Assembly (NCBI GenBank): GCA_007693855.1
Contig: RECU01000045.1
Coordinates: 14,536-78,535, forward strand
Direction: 5' to 3'
DNA length: 64,000 nt
Origin: Gammaproteobacteria bacterium
Lineage (GTDB): Bacteria > Pseudomonadota > Gammaproteobacteria > Steroidobacterales > PWYM01
The notes beneath the pieces are model-generated. The model searched no databases. It was not told where the DNA came from and saw nothing but the letters and a program-made list of their open reading frames with translations. The position numbers and the translations under genes were made by a program. Below, one piece after another: positions 19,959-31,714 of the stretch. Within the stretch, counting starts at the first letter, position 1, and each line of letters starts with the position of its first letter.

Positions 19959-21436
19959 GCAGCGTCTGCCGGCGGAGCGAGCACGAGGGTGAAGCGTGCG
20001 CCGCCCAGTGGGGAGGGGTCGACCCGCACCTCCCCCTCGTGGGCCTCGGCAACGGAGTGGACCACCGCGAGGCCAAGCCCCGTCCCCTCGCCAACCTGCT
20101 TGGTGGTGTAGAAGGGTTCGAACACATGGCGCGCAGCGTCGCTCGGGATGCCTGGTCCATCGTCCTCGACCACGAAGCCGCGTCCGTCACCGGCCTCATA
20201 CCAGCTCAGGCGCACGCGGTGCCTGGCGGCCTGGCGTGCGTTGTCGAGCAGGTTGACCAGGGCCTGTTCGCTGCGCACCGACTCGACTGGCAGCTGAGGA
20301 GTGGGCGTGGGCAGGGCGATTTCGATGTCTGGCACTGCGCTGGCGCCGGCACCGGCGCGGGCATCGGGCAGCTGGGTCAGGGCTCGGCGCACCAGCGTCG
20401 CCGCGGCGACATCGCGCCGGTCCAGCGGATTGCGCCTGCCGACGTCCATCAGCTGGCGGACAATATTGACCATCCTCGCCACTTCCGCGCGGATGCTGTC
20501 GAACCCCTCGCGGGCCTGCGCTGGCAATGTATCCTGTTCACGCAAGGCACGCTGGGCGTGACCGTCCACGGTTGCCAGCGGCGTGCCAAGCTCATGGGCC
20601 ACCCCGGCGGCGAGCTGTCCGATCGCCGCCATCTTCTCCGAGCGGGCGAGACGGGCCCGCAGGGCGAGTTCGGATTCGCGGCGCCGGTCGAGTTCAGCAT
20701 GCGAACGTTGCACCGCATCCAGCATGCCGTTGATGCCTTGTGCCAGCGCGCGGAGTTCTGCCGGTCCCTGACCTGGCACCCGCTGATGGTATGCCCCCGC
20801 AGCGACCCGGCGCATGGCCTCGCGCATGCCACGCACATGGCGCCCCACGGCGCGGTGATGGCCGAGCAGCAGGATCCCCGTCATCAGCATGCCGGTGAGC
20901 AGCAGCAGCCCGAGTGCGCCGAGGCGCAGGCGGGTGAGGTAGGCGTCGAAGTCCTCGCCCCGGCGGGTCACCTGCAACAGGCCGATGATCTGCCCGCCAG
21001 CGTCGGTCAGGGGCTGGAAGTAGGAGAACATCTCCTCACCGCCGAGTTCCTCGAAGTCCGCGGTCCGCTCGCCGTCATCGGCCAGGGCGCGGACATCTTC
21101 GGTGCTGATCTCGCCCCGGCGCGTGCCCACCGAGGCCACGCGCTCCCCGTCCCTGTCATAGACATAGATGCCATATACCGGGCCAAGACGGCGGGCCGAG
21201 AGCAGGGCGCTCTCGACCGTGCCAAGCCTGCCGAGCTCCAGCGAGTAGGCCAGGGGGCGGCGCAGTGTCTCGGCGACCAGACGGACGTCTTCCTGCATCC
21301 GCGCCATGGTCTGGCGTTCCAGGCTGGCGAGCGCCAGCCAGCCGCCGACGGCCAGCAGCAGCAGAACGGGCAGCAGCACGAAGGCGGAGAGGGTCAGCCG
21401 CAGGCTGGGGTAAAGCCTGGCGCGGGCACCGATCAC
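19955..21436 (-). CDS. Sensor histidine kinase (2 TM, periplasmic domain, HAMP, HisKA, HATPase_c)
   Basis: GTG start. H-box AHELGTPLA. N and G boxes (NLLDNA, DDGPGI, GTGLGLAVV). 4-nt overlap with the regulator gene. Confidence 0.9.
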
Positions 21437-21526
21437 AACAGCGGAGAGACATTGAGCATATGTGCCATATTAGCACATGGGGACATTCCGCTACAGTGTC
21501 ACGAGTTCCGGCGGCCGCGCTGGGCA

Positions 21527-21826
21527 TCAGGTCAATGTCGCCAGGCGTGTCAGCAGCACCTCGGTGCCCGGTGCCTCGTCGATGATGGCCAGCTTCTGCG
21601 CACGCGGCAGACGACGCAGGCGATGCTCCGCACGCAACGCCGCACTGCGGCTGCCAACCTCAACGCAGTAGCGCAGCGTGACGCTGCGCGCCGCCCGCGT
21701 GAACCGTGCCGCGCGGCCCCCCCCGGATGCATGCTCGGCGAGACGGCGCTGCGGATCGACCGTGATTCCCGTGTACAGGCGGCCATCACAGTCGAGCAGG
21801 TAGAGCCACCAGGCTTGCTCGGTCAT
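21527..21826 (-). CDS. GIY-YIG nuclease family protein (YhbQ/UPF0213-like)
   Basis: WWLYLLDCDGRLYTGIT...RRLAEH is the GIY-YIG signature. 99 aa. Confidence 0.8.
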   Translation of the reverse strand: MTEQAWWLYLLDCDGRLYTGITVDPQRRLAEHASGGGRAARFTRAARSVTLRYCVEVGSRSAALRAEHRLRRLPRAQKLAIIDEAPGTEVLLTRLATLT

Positions 21827-21854
21827 CTTCTGACGCGGCGATCCCTGGCGGGGG

Positions 21855-22247
21855 TCAGGCGGAGAGGACGAACAGCAGTACGGTGCTCACCAACCCGACC
21901 AGCCAGACCACGGAGCGCAGCGTGGCAAGATCGGCCATGTAGAGCAGGCCGTAGGCGATGCGCGCGACGATGAAGATGACCGCCAGCAGGTCGATGGTCG
22001 ACTGCGCCAGGTTGCCGATCTGGTGCGCGATGATGACACCGGCGGCGAACGGCGCGAAGGCTTCCAGTGCGTTCTGCTGGGCCCAGTTGGCCCGGGCGGG
22101 CCAGCCTTGCAGACGCCCGAGATAATCCCGTGGCGCGGCGTTGTCGAACCGCCCGGCACCGGCGCGCACGCCCCCGGCCTTGGCGCAGCCGGCCCAGACG
22201 ATCGGCATGAAAATGGCAATCAGTACGCACCAGTAGGCGATGGTCAT
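21855..22247 (-). CDS. MAPEG family membrane protein
   Basis: GAGGAG Shine-Dalgarno. 130 aa. N-terminus MTIAYWCVLIAIFMP and NALEAFAPFAA typical of the bacterial MAPEG family. Confidence 0.75.
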   Translation of the reverse strand: MTIAYWCVLIAIFMPIVWAGCAKAGGVRAGAGRFDNAAPRDYLGRLQGWPARANWAQQNALEAFAPFAAGVIIAHQIGNLAQSTIDLLAVIFIVARIAYGLLYMADLATLRSVVWLVGLVSTVLLFVLSA

Positions 22248-22389
22248 GATGAACTCCTCGTCGCGCAGGGGGAGCAGGCCAGCGTTCCGGGCCGCCGCAG
22301 AGGCGTGGCGGCCGACAGTGCGCCGGAGGATACGTGTCCGCGGAGAATGTTGCTACACTCGCCGGCGTTCACGATTTCCGGAGTTGATC

Positions 22390-23007
22390 ATGCTGCGATC
22401 CCTGTCGCTCGTCGCCGTACTGGCCCTGTTTCCGCTGCTGAACGCCAGTGCAGGCGAAATCGAGGTGCCGACGGCCTGCGATCTGCTGGCCGCCCATCCC
22501 TCGGATCCTGATCGCATTGTCGCCGGCGTCTCGGCCTCGGTGGTGCGTGAGGATCTGGACACCGCGATCGAAGCCTGCCGTCGTGCCGTGGCTGACGACC
22601 CGGAGGCGTCGCGCCTGGTGTATTACCTGGGTCGGGTACTGTTCTACTCCGGCAACTTTCTCGAAGGGATGGAATACGTCGATCAGGCTGCGGCCATGGG
22701 GCATCGCCAGTCGCAGTTCGTCTCGGCCCTGATTCACTTCGACGGGGTGCCCGACGCGCTGCCGGCCGACGCCTGTCGTGCCATGGGGCTGTGGGCCGAT
22801 GCCGCCGGCCGCGGCCACTATGCCGCCAGCCTGGCCGTGGCCCGGCATTCCCTCGCGGGCGCTTTCGGCGACTGCGAGGGCGCCCCGAGCGCAGCGCAGA
22901 TGCACGGCTGGATCGAGCAGCAGCGCGGGCGTGATGAGGCCCAGGATTATTACCACGGACTGGTGATCGGCCTGCTGCTGGATCTGCTGGCACGCGAGTC
23001 GGCATGA
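22390..23007 (+). CDS. Secreted Sel1/TPR-like repeat protein
   Basis: GGAG Shine-Dalgarno. Signal peptide MLRSLSLVAVLALFPLLNASA. Helical repeats resemble Sel1 (DQAAAMGHRQSQFVSALIHFDG). Confidence 0.5.
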   Translation: MLRSLSLVAVLALFPLLNASAGEIEVPTACDLLAAHPSDPDRIVAGVSASVVREDLDTAIEACRRAVADDPEASRLVYYLGRVLFYSGNFLEGMEYVDQAAAMGHRQSQFVSALIHFDGVPDALPADACRAMGLWADAAGRGHYAASLAVARHSLAGAFGDCEGAPSAAQMHGWIEQQRGRDEAQDYYHGLVIGLLLDLLARESA

Positions 23008-23723
23008 GTCGGCGAGCACCGCAGCACAGGCGAGTGTCGACCCGTCTCGCGGCGGCGGTTGTCGCGCTCGGCGTCATCACGGCTTTTGGCGCGCCCGGCG
23101 TTGCCGCTGCCGATGAGGTGGCCTGGGTCACTGATCGCCTGGAGGTGACTCTGCGACGGGGCACGGGCACGCAGTTCGCCATCGTCCGGATGCTGCCGGC
23201 CGGCGCTCGGCTGGATGTGCTCGAGGTCGACCAGGAGAGCGGCTACACGCGCGTGCGTACCACCCAGGGCGTCGAGGGCTGGGTGCTGACCCGTTACCTC
23301 GCCGATCAGCCCGCGGCGCGCGAGCAGCTGACCGACATGCGCCAGCGCCTGGATCAGGCCCTGGCGCAACGCGGTTCGGCCGGTGAGATGCTGGATACCA
23401 TGACCGCCGAGCGCGACTCGCTGCTGCGCGAGCGTGATGCCCTGGACACGGCGAACCGTGAGCTCACCACCGAACTGGCCGAGCTGAGGACCGCGGCGGC
23501 TGAGCCGCTGAGGCTGCGTGACCGCGTGCTGGCGCTGGAAGAGGAGAACACTGCGTTGGAGCGGCGCGTCGCCGAGCTCTCGCTGGAAACGCGCGATCTG
23601 CGTCGCAGCACCCAGCGCGACTGGTTCATCGCCGGTGCTGCAGTGCTGGTCACGGGTCTGGTGCTCGGCCTGGTACTGCCCCGGATCCGCTGGCGGCGTC
23701 GCTCCAGTTGGAGCGATCTATGA
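23004..23723 (+). CDS. Bacterial SH3-domain protein with coiled coil and C-terminal TM anchor (YgiM/TIGR04211-like)
   Basis: ATGA overlap with the upstream gene. The SH3b segment WVTDRLEVTLRRGTGTQFAIVRMLPAGARLDVLE..GWVLTRYL is followed by a long coiled coil and a TM helix. Confidence 0.75.
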   Translation: MSRRAPQHRRVSTRLAAAVVALGVITAFGAPGVAAADEVAWVTDRLEVTLRRGTGTQFAIVRMLPAGARLDVLEVDQESGYTRVRTTQGVEGWVLTRYLADQPAAREQLTDMRQRLDQALAQRGSAGEMLDTMTAERDSLLRERDALDTANRELTTELAELRTAAAEPLRLRDRVLALEEENTALERRVAELSLETRDLRRSTQRDWFIAGAAVLVTGLVLGLVLPRIRWRRRSSWSDL

Positions 23724-23725
23724 TC

Positions 23726-26113
<2,388 letters not shown>

Positions 26114-26202
26114 GTCAACTCCCTTGCTTTTTTGCTTGTGTTGCCTGCCCGATGAGGCACAATCCCCCGGGCAAGCCCACCCTCAGGCGCGCCTGGACCC
26201 AA

Positions 26203-27024
26203 ATGCAGCAAAGAACTGTCTTCTTCGTTTCAGACCAGACGGGGGTTACCGCGGAAACCCTCGGCCACAGCCTGCTGACGCAGTTCGACGGCCAGGAATT
26301 TCGGCAGGTGACTGTGCCATTTATCGATTCCGTTGACAAGGCGGAAGCGGCCGTGGAGCGGATCGACGCGGTGGGTCAACGCGAGGGCCTGCGTCCAATC
26401 GTGTTCAGCACGCTGGTGCGCGATGACCTGCGTCACGTTCTGCGCAGGGCGAATGCGCTGTTTCTTGACTTTTTCGATGCGTTCGTCGGGCCCATGGAGC
26501 TTGAACTGGGTATGGAGTCCTCGCATAAAGAGGGCAAGGCCCATGGCGTGGTCGATGTGGCGAGCTATATGCGGCGTATCGAGGCGACGAATTTCGCCAT
26601 GGCTCACGATGACGGCGGTGCGGCGCGAAACTACGAACGCGCCGATGTCATTCTGCTCGGCGTCTCGCGCTCCGGGAAAACGCCCACCTGTCTGTATATG
26701 GCGCTGCAATATGGCGTGTTTGCGGCCAATTATCCCCTGACCGAGGAAGACCTGGAGAGCGGCGATCTGCCGAAGCTGCTGCGGCCCCATCGGCAGAAGC
26801 TCTACGGGCTGACCATCGCCCCCGATCGGCTGCAGCACATCCGCCGTGAGCGACGCGCGCACGGCCGCTACGCCTCGGCCCAGCAGGTCGGCTTCGAACT
26901 GCGGGCAGCGCTCTCGCTCTACCGTCGTCATGCCATTCCTTACATCAACACCACCGATAAATCGATCGAGGAGATTTCGGCAGCGATTCTCAACGAAACC
27001 GGTGTCGAGCGCAGGGTTCGCTGA
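26203..27024 (+). CDS. ppsR: PEP synthetase regulatory kinase/phosphorylase
   Basis: Divergent from ppsA. MQQRTVFFVSDQTGVTAE N-terminus. P-loop GVSRSGKTPT. Confidence 0.92.
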   Translation: MQQRTVFFVSDQTGVTAETLGHSLLTQFDGQEFRQVTVPFIDSVDKAEAAVERIDAVGQREGLRPIVFSTLVRDDLRHVLRRANALFLDFFDAFVGPMELELGMESSHKEGKAHGVVDVASYMRRIEATNFAMAHDDGGAARNYERADVILLGVSRSGKTPTCLYMALQYGVFAANYPLTEEDLESGDLPKLLRPHRQKLYGLTIAPDRLQHIRRERRAHGRYASAQQVGFELRAALSLYRRHAIPYINTTDKSIEEISAAILNETGVERRVR

Positions 27025-27048
27025 GTTGCCGCGTGCTATATTCCGGCC

Positions 27049-27555
27049 ATGAACACAGTCATGCTCATCCGCCGCCACCGCGCCTGCTGTCCCGGGTCGT
27101 TCTCGGGACTGATGGCGCTGTACGAGGAGAACTGGCGCCTGCTGCAGGCGCTGGCGCCGACCCTGCCTGGCCTGCAGGGGAAGCTCAGTTCGCATGCCGG
27201 GGAAGACTGCGAGCTGCACCTCGATGTGCTCGAATCCACCCGCTATACGAGAAGCCTTCGGCTGACCTACCTGTTTGCGGTGGATAATGGGGTAGAGGCC
27301 GATCCTGACTTCCTGCTGCGCGTCTACAGTGATGCCCGCCAGGTCGAAGCGGTCAGCTGCATCAACGAGCCCCGTCACGCGGTTCTGCAGCAGATGATCA
27401 TGGAGAACAACGAACTCGATCGGCGCTGGCGGCGTAATATCATCCTCAACAAGTGGCTTGGCTATCTGCTGGACACAGGCCATCTGTTCACAGGCTTGCC
27501 GCACGGCAGCGAGGCGTCCGAAGCTTGCGACCGGTCACGCTTTGATCGGTGCTGA
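27049..27555 (+). CDS. DUF1249 (YqiB-like) protein
   Basis: SFSGLMALYEENWRLL and the RVYSDARQVE pattern are typical of DUF1249. Confidence 0.7.
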   Translation: MNTVMLIRRHRACCPGSFSGLMALYEENWRLLQALAPTLPGLQGKLSSHAGEDCELHLDVLESTRYTRSLRLTYLFAVDNGVEADPDFLLRVYSDARQVEAVSCINEPRHAVLQQMIMENNELDRRWRRNIILNKWLGYLLDTGHLFTGLPHGSEASEACDRSRFDRC

Positions 27556-27650
27556 TCACGTAGCCTGTCGTGAAATCCCTGCCCTGAGCTGCCTGATGTC
27601 CCGTCCGGATATCCGGTGCCGGCAGCAGGGCGGTCATCGGTTGTTCAGCA

Positions 27651-28676
27651 ATGTTCACTGCACTTATGCCCTCACGCGCACAGGATACCGACGGCGCCGG
27701 CGACGAGCGTCTGTTGCAGCTTTACTGGAACCGTGCCGCGGTCAAGCAGGAGTTGGCGGCACTGCGGCGTGAGCGCGACGGGCTGGTCGCGCGCCTGCGT
27801 GAGCAGGAGTCCGGGCAGGCCCGCCATGAACAACGTCTGCACACTCTCGAATCGCTGCTGGCCGACGAGGAACGGGCTGCCTGCATCATTCTGCACTGCC
27901 AACTCCGCGAGCTCTGGCGAGAGGCTGCGGCGCGCCTGAGCCGGTTTGCCGCGGAGCTGGCCGAGCGCCAGACGCAACGCACCCGCGAGCGACAGCGCCG
28001 CAGTTTCGAGGACGACCGGGCGCGGCAACTGGGCGCGCTTGCGGGTCCGTTGGCCGAACTGCATGCGGAGGTCAGTGATCTAGGCGAGCGTGAACTCGCC
28101 CTCGAACGTCTGGTCTCGGACATGCCCTTCTGGCGCTGGCGCCGGCGACGTCGGTTGCGCGTCGAACGGCTCGCACTGTCGGCAGAGCGTGAAGCGCGTG
28201 CCTCCGAGCTCAGCGCTCATGCCGAGCGCGCGCGCGCGCTGCGCGAGATGCCCATGCCAGCCTGCCCCGGGCTTTCTGTCGAAGGTCGCCGCCTGGTGAA
28301 CCTGGCGGTCATCGGCCTGGCACAGGAGTTGGCGGTGGTTTGCGAGGGGCAGGGCATAGCCGGGCTGGCACGCGCGGCCATGATGCAGGCCATGGAGGAT
28401 GCCGACTATGGTTCACGCAGCGAGGTGCAGGCGCTGGCGCAAGCCGCTGCGCGCTGCCGGTCGCGGGTGGTGGCGCTCGACCCCCCCACGATGAAACTCA
28501 AACCCCGAATGGAGTGGTTGCGCTCGCAGGTCGAGTATCGGCGGGAGGATGAGTCGGTGCCGCTGGCGCAGAGCATCGAGCACTTTCCGCGGGATGCCGG
28601 CCAGGCGGGTAGCAGCCTCCTGAAGATCAATGTCCTGGCCGAGGACTACTGGGAGCTTCACGCCGCGTTGCGCTGA
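27651..28676 (+). CDS. Hypothetical coiled-coil protein with Arg-rich segment
   Basis: 341-aa ORF with coding-like composition and no family I recognise. No clear Shine-Dalgarno. The 3' end overlaps the convergent RND gene by 19 nt. Confidence 0.55.
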   Translation: MFTALMPSRAQDTDGAGDERLLQLYWNRAAVKQELAALRRERDGLVARLREQESGQARHEQRLHTLESLLADEERAACIILHCQLRELWREAAARLSRFAAELAERQTQRTRERQRRSFEDDRARQLGALAGPLAELHAEVSDLGERELALERLVSDMPFWRWRRRRRLRVERLALSAEREARASELSAHAERARALREMPMPACPGLSVEGRRLVNLAVIGLAQELAVVCEGQGIAGLARAAMMQAMEDADYGSRSEVQALAQAAARCRSRVVALDPPTMKLKPRMEWLRSQVEYRREDESVPLAQSIEHFPRDAGQAGSSLLKINVLAEDYWELHAALR

Positions 28677-31600
28677 GTCGTCGCCGACAACGCGATCAGC
28701 CGTCGCGACCAGCGCACGCAATCGTCCAGCAGACTGTAAACAAAGGGCACCACCAGCAGCGAAACCACGGTGGAGAACGTCAGTCCGCCAATGATCGCCC
28801 TGGCCATCGGATAGTAGGGTGGGCCGTCGCCGCCGACCTGGGTGGTGCCGATGGCCAGCGGTGTCAGCCCAAGCACCGTGGTGGCGACGGTCATCAGGAT
28901 AGGCCGAAGTCGATCACGGCCTCCCTCGATGATCGCATCGAAACGATTGTGGCCCCGCCAGCGCAACTGGTTGATGTGATCTACCAGTACGATCCCGTTG
29001 TTGACGACCACGCCGATGAGGATCAGCAAGCCGATCCACGCCATGAACGAGAACGTGGTCCCCGTGAGTGCAAAGAACCACAACGCGCCGATCACCGAAA
29101 AGGCAATCGACACCAGGATCGAGAGCGGATACAGCGTCGATTCGAACAGTGCGGCCATGACCAGGAAAATCAGGGCGATCGCCAGCAGCATGCTCTGCAG
29201 GACCAGGCGCTGTGATTCATCGGCGCTCTGGAAGCTGCGCCCGAAACTCCAGCCATAGCCCGCGGGCAGTTCCAGCTCGTTCATGATGCGCCGCACCTCG
29301 GGGCGCACCTCGTCAAGGCTTTTCCCCTGCCTGAGCGGACCACTGATGGTGATCGCGGTGCTGCGGTTTTCCCGCCGGATGCTGCGGGCCCCCCGTACGA
29401 GTTCGAACTCGGCGACGCTGTCGAGCACGACCCGCTGCCCAGCCGGGGTGAACAGCGGCAGGCGGGCAAGATCGTCGATGAACTGACGGTCACTCTCGCG
29501 ATAGGCCAGACGTATGGCCAATTCCCCCTCGGCACCGCGGAATTCGCGGAGCTGGTCACCGCGCATGGCCACGCGGATGGCATCGCCGACATCACGCGCC
29601 GTCAGCCCCAGCCGGGCGGCCCGGTCGGCGTCCACGCTGACCCGCACCTCACGTTCGCCGCCGGAGGCGTCAGTGGCCAATCTGTCGAAGGCGTCGAGCG
29701 TGAGCAGCCGTCGCCTGGCCTCTTCGGCCAGTCCGACCAGGACCTCGGTGGACTCGCCGGTGACCCGCACGCTGAACCCCTCGCCGCCGCTTTGCTGTTC
29801 GAACCGGAACGCCGGTTCGCCGATGGCAATATCCGGCAGATTGTCGCGGATGAAGGTGATGACGTCGTCGAGGGGCTTGCGCGCGCGACGCTCATCGACC
29901 AGCAGGATGGTGGTTTCGGCGCGTTCGGGGTTGTAGAAGCTGTAGACCGACTCGATTTCGAGTGATTCACGGTTCTCGAGCAGGAAGGCCTCGATGGTTT
30001 CGACCGACGCGCGTACCTGCTCAAGGGGATAGCTGCCGTCGACGTTGTAGGGCAGGAACAGTCGGCGTGAGGGTTCCTCCGGAAAGAAATCGAAATTGAT
30101 CAGCTTCGGCGGGATGGTGAAGCCGGTCACCAGGATCAGCAGCACGGCGAGGAAGGTCCACCAGCGGTGGCGCAGGGTGAGGGCGAGCAGCCTCGTGTAG
30201 GCTCGAGTCAGGGCGGGCATGACCCGCTGTCGCGAGACCGGTGGTGGGGGCGGCACCCGGCTGGCCAGCATGGGAATCAGGGTCTGGGCAATCACCAGAG
30301 AGGCGACGACGGCCACGGAAATGGTGATCGCGACGTGCGTCAGAAAGACGAAGATGTCGGTACGCTCGCCGAAAACGATCGGCAGAAACACCGCCACCGT
30401 GGTCGCGGTGCCCGCCGTCACGGCGATACCCACCTCGCGCACACCCCTCAGGGTGGCGCCGTGAGGGTCTCCAGGGTCGCGTTGGCGTTGCCGGAAGATA
30501 CTCTCCGTGACCACCACCGAGTTATCCACCAGCATGCCGATGGCGAGCATCAGACCCATCATGCTCAGGATGTTCAGACTGATCCCGGCGAAATACATCA
30601 CTGCCAGGGTGATCAGTAGCGAGAAGGGCACGGCCAGTGCGACGATCAATGTCGTGGTGACCTGTCGCAGGAACAGGTAGAGCACCATGAAGGCAAGCAT
30701 GGCACCGATGGCGCCGGCCTGCAGCAGGTCTCCGAGCGACTGGCGCACGCTGGCCGCCTGATTGTCGAGTTCATACACCCGAATCCCGCGCATTTGCGGA
30801 TCGTTTTCGATGTCCGCGAGCTCGGCCTTGACGCGATCGGCCACTTCCACGATGTTCGAACCCGGTGTCCTGAAAACATTCAGGCCAATGGAGTAGCTGC
30901 CGTCCAGCCGACGCCCGTAACTGCGTTCCGGCGCGCGCAGCTCAATGCTGGCGACGTCGCGCAGCCGCAGGTCGCGATCGTCGATGATCAGCGCGCCGAT
31001 ATCATCGAGCGACTGGAACTCACCGCGCGGCCGCACGGCGAAGCGCAGCCCCTCGGCGCTGAGCCGACCCGCGCTCACCGAGAAATTACTGCGCTCAAGC
31101 AGCAGGCGCAGCCGGTTGAGATCGACGCCATGGGCGGTCACCCTGTCGGCATCGAGCAGGATCCGGATTTCCTGCGCCTCCACGCCCTGAAGTTCCACGC
31201 GGGAGACCCCCTCGAGGCGCTCGATCCGGCGCTTCAATGCCCGGTCGAGCAGTTCGAAGGCATCCGAGAGATCGCGGGCGCTGGAGATCCGCAGATTCAG
31301 CAGCGGCTGATCCGCGGTGGAGCCGGTGAAGATCTGGATGCGCCGGAGATCGGTGGGCAGACGGTCACGGATACTTTCGACCTTGACCCGCGCGTCGATG
31401 CCGGTGGCGCTCATGTCCTGGTCCCAGCCCATGAAGATCCCGATCGTGGCGGAGTTCTCGGTGCTGGTCGAGACCATATTCTTCAGGTTTGGAAGCGTCG
31501 CCAGCACCTCTTCGACAGGTCGGGTGATCAAGCGCTCGACCTCCTCGGGCGTCGACCCCTCGTAAGGGATCACGATGAACATGCCGGGAAAATCGATATC

Positions 31601-31714
31601 CGGAAAGCGTTCGAGCGGCAGCATGCGGGCACCCATCAGCCCGACCAGCGCGAGTGCGAGGAACACCATTGCGCAGGTGACGGGCCGGCGCAGCGCGAGC
31701 TCCGTATGTTTCAT
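28658..31714 (-). CDS. RND efflux transporter permease (AcrB/MdtC-like)
   Basis: 1018 aa with 12-TM/large-loop architecture. Motifs such as GLMLAIGMLVDNSVVV. 4-nt overlap with the upstream RND gene. Confidence 0.92.
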   Translation of the reverse strand: MKHTELALRRPVTCAMVFLALALVGLMGARMLPLERFPDIDFPGMFIVIPYEGSTPEEVERLITRPVEEVLATLPNLKNMVSTSTENSATIGIFMGWDQDMSATGIDARVKVESIRDRLPTDLRRIQIFTGSTADQPLLNLRISSARDLSDAFELLDRALKRRIERLEGVSRVELQGVEAQEIRILLDADRVTAHGVDLNRLRLLLERSNFSVSAGRLSAEGLRFAVRPRGEFQSLDDIGALIIDDRDLRLRDVASIELRAPERSYGRRLDGSYSIGLNVFRTPGSNIVEVADRVKAELADIENDPQMRGIRVYELDNQAASVRQSLGDLLQAGAIGAMLAFMVLYLFLRQVTTTLIVALAVPFSLLITLAVMYFAGISLNILSMMGLMLAIGMLVDNSVVVTESIFRQRQRDPGDPHGATLRGVREVGIAVTAGTATTVAVFLPIVFGERTDIFVFLTHVAITISVAVVASLVIAQTLIPMLASRVPPPPPVSRQRVMPALTRAYTRLLALTLRHRWWTFLAVLLILVTGFTIPPKLINFDFFPEEPSRRLFLPYNVDGSYPLEQVRASVETIEAFLLENRESLEIESVYSFYNPERAETTILLVDERRARKPLDDVITFIRDNLPDIAIGEPAFRFEQQSGGEGFSVRVTGESTEVLVGLAEEARRRLLTLDAFDRLATDASGGEREVRVSVDADRAARLGLTARDVGDAIRVAMRGDQLREFRGAEGELAIRLAYRESDRQFIDDLARLPLFTPAGQRVVLDSVAEFELVRGARSIRRENRSTAITISGPLRQGKSLDEVRPEVRRIMNELELPAGYGWSFGRSFQSADESQRLVLQSMLLAIALIFLVMAALFESTLYPLSILVSIAFSVIGALWFFALTGTTFSFMAWIGLLILIGVVVNNGIVLVDHINQLRWRGHNRFDAIIEGGRDRLRPILMTVATTVLGLTPLAIGTTQVGGDGPPYYPMARAIIGGLTFSTVVSLLVVPFVYSLLDDCVRWSRRLIALSATTQRNAA

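Noticed and set aside
21460-21478. Inverted repeat ATGTGC-N7-GCACAT just upstream of the sensor kinase start, in an AT-richer patch.
   Set aside because: Arms are only 6 bp and it occurs once. It could be an operator or part of a -10 region, but evidence is insufficient to call a feature.
20039-21973. Very long ORFs on the opposite strand of confirmed genes. Examples are 20039-21973 (+, 644 aa), 48425-50542 (-, 705 aa), 5418-6575 (+), 10814-12277 (+), 3468-4547 (+), 984-1952 (-), 43934-45565 (+) and 30794-31780 (+).
   Set aside because: They overlap genes with unmistakable family motifs on the other strand. Their products are Arg/Gly/Pro/His-rich and low-complexity, and they lack Shine-Dalgarno sequences. 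These are typical stop-codon-poor antisense shadows of GC-rich DNA.
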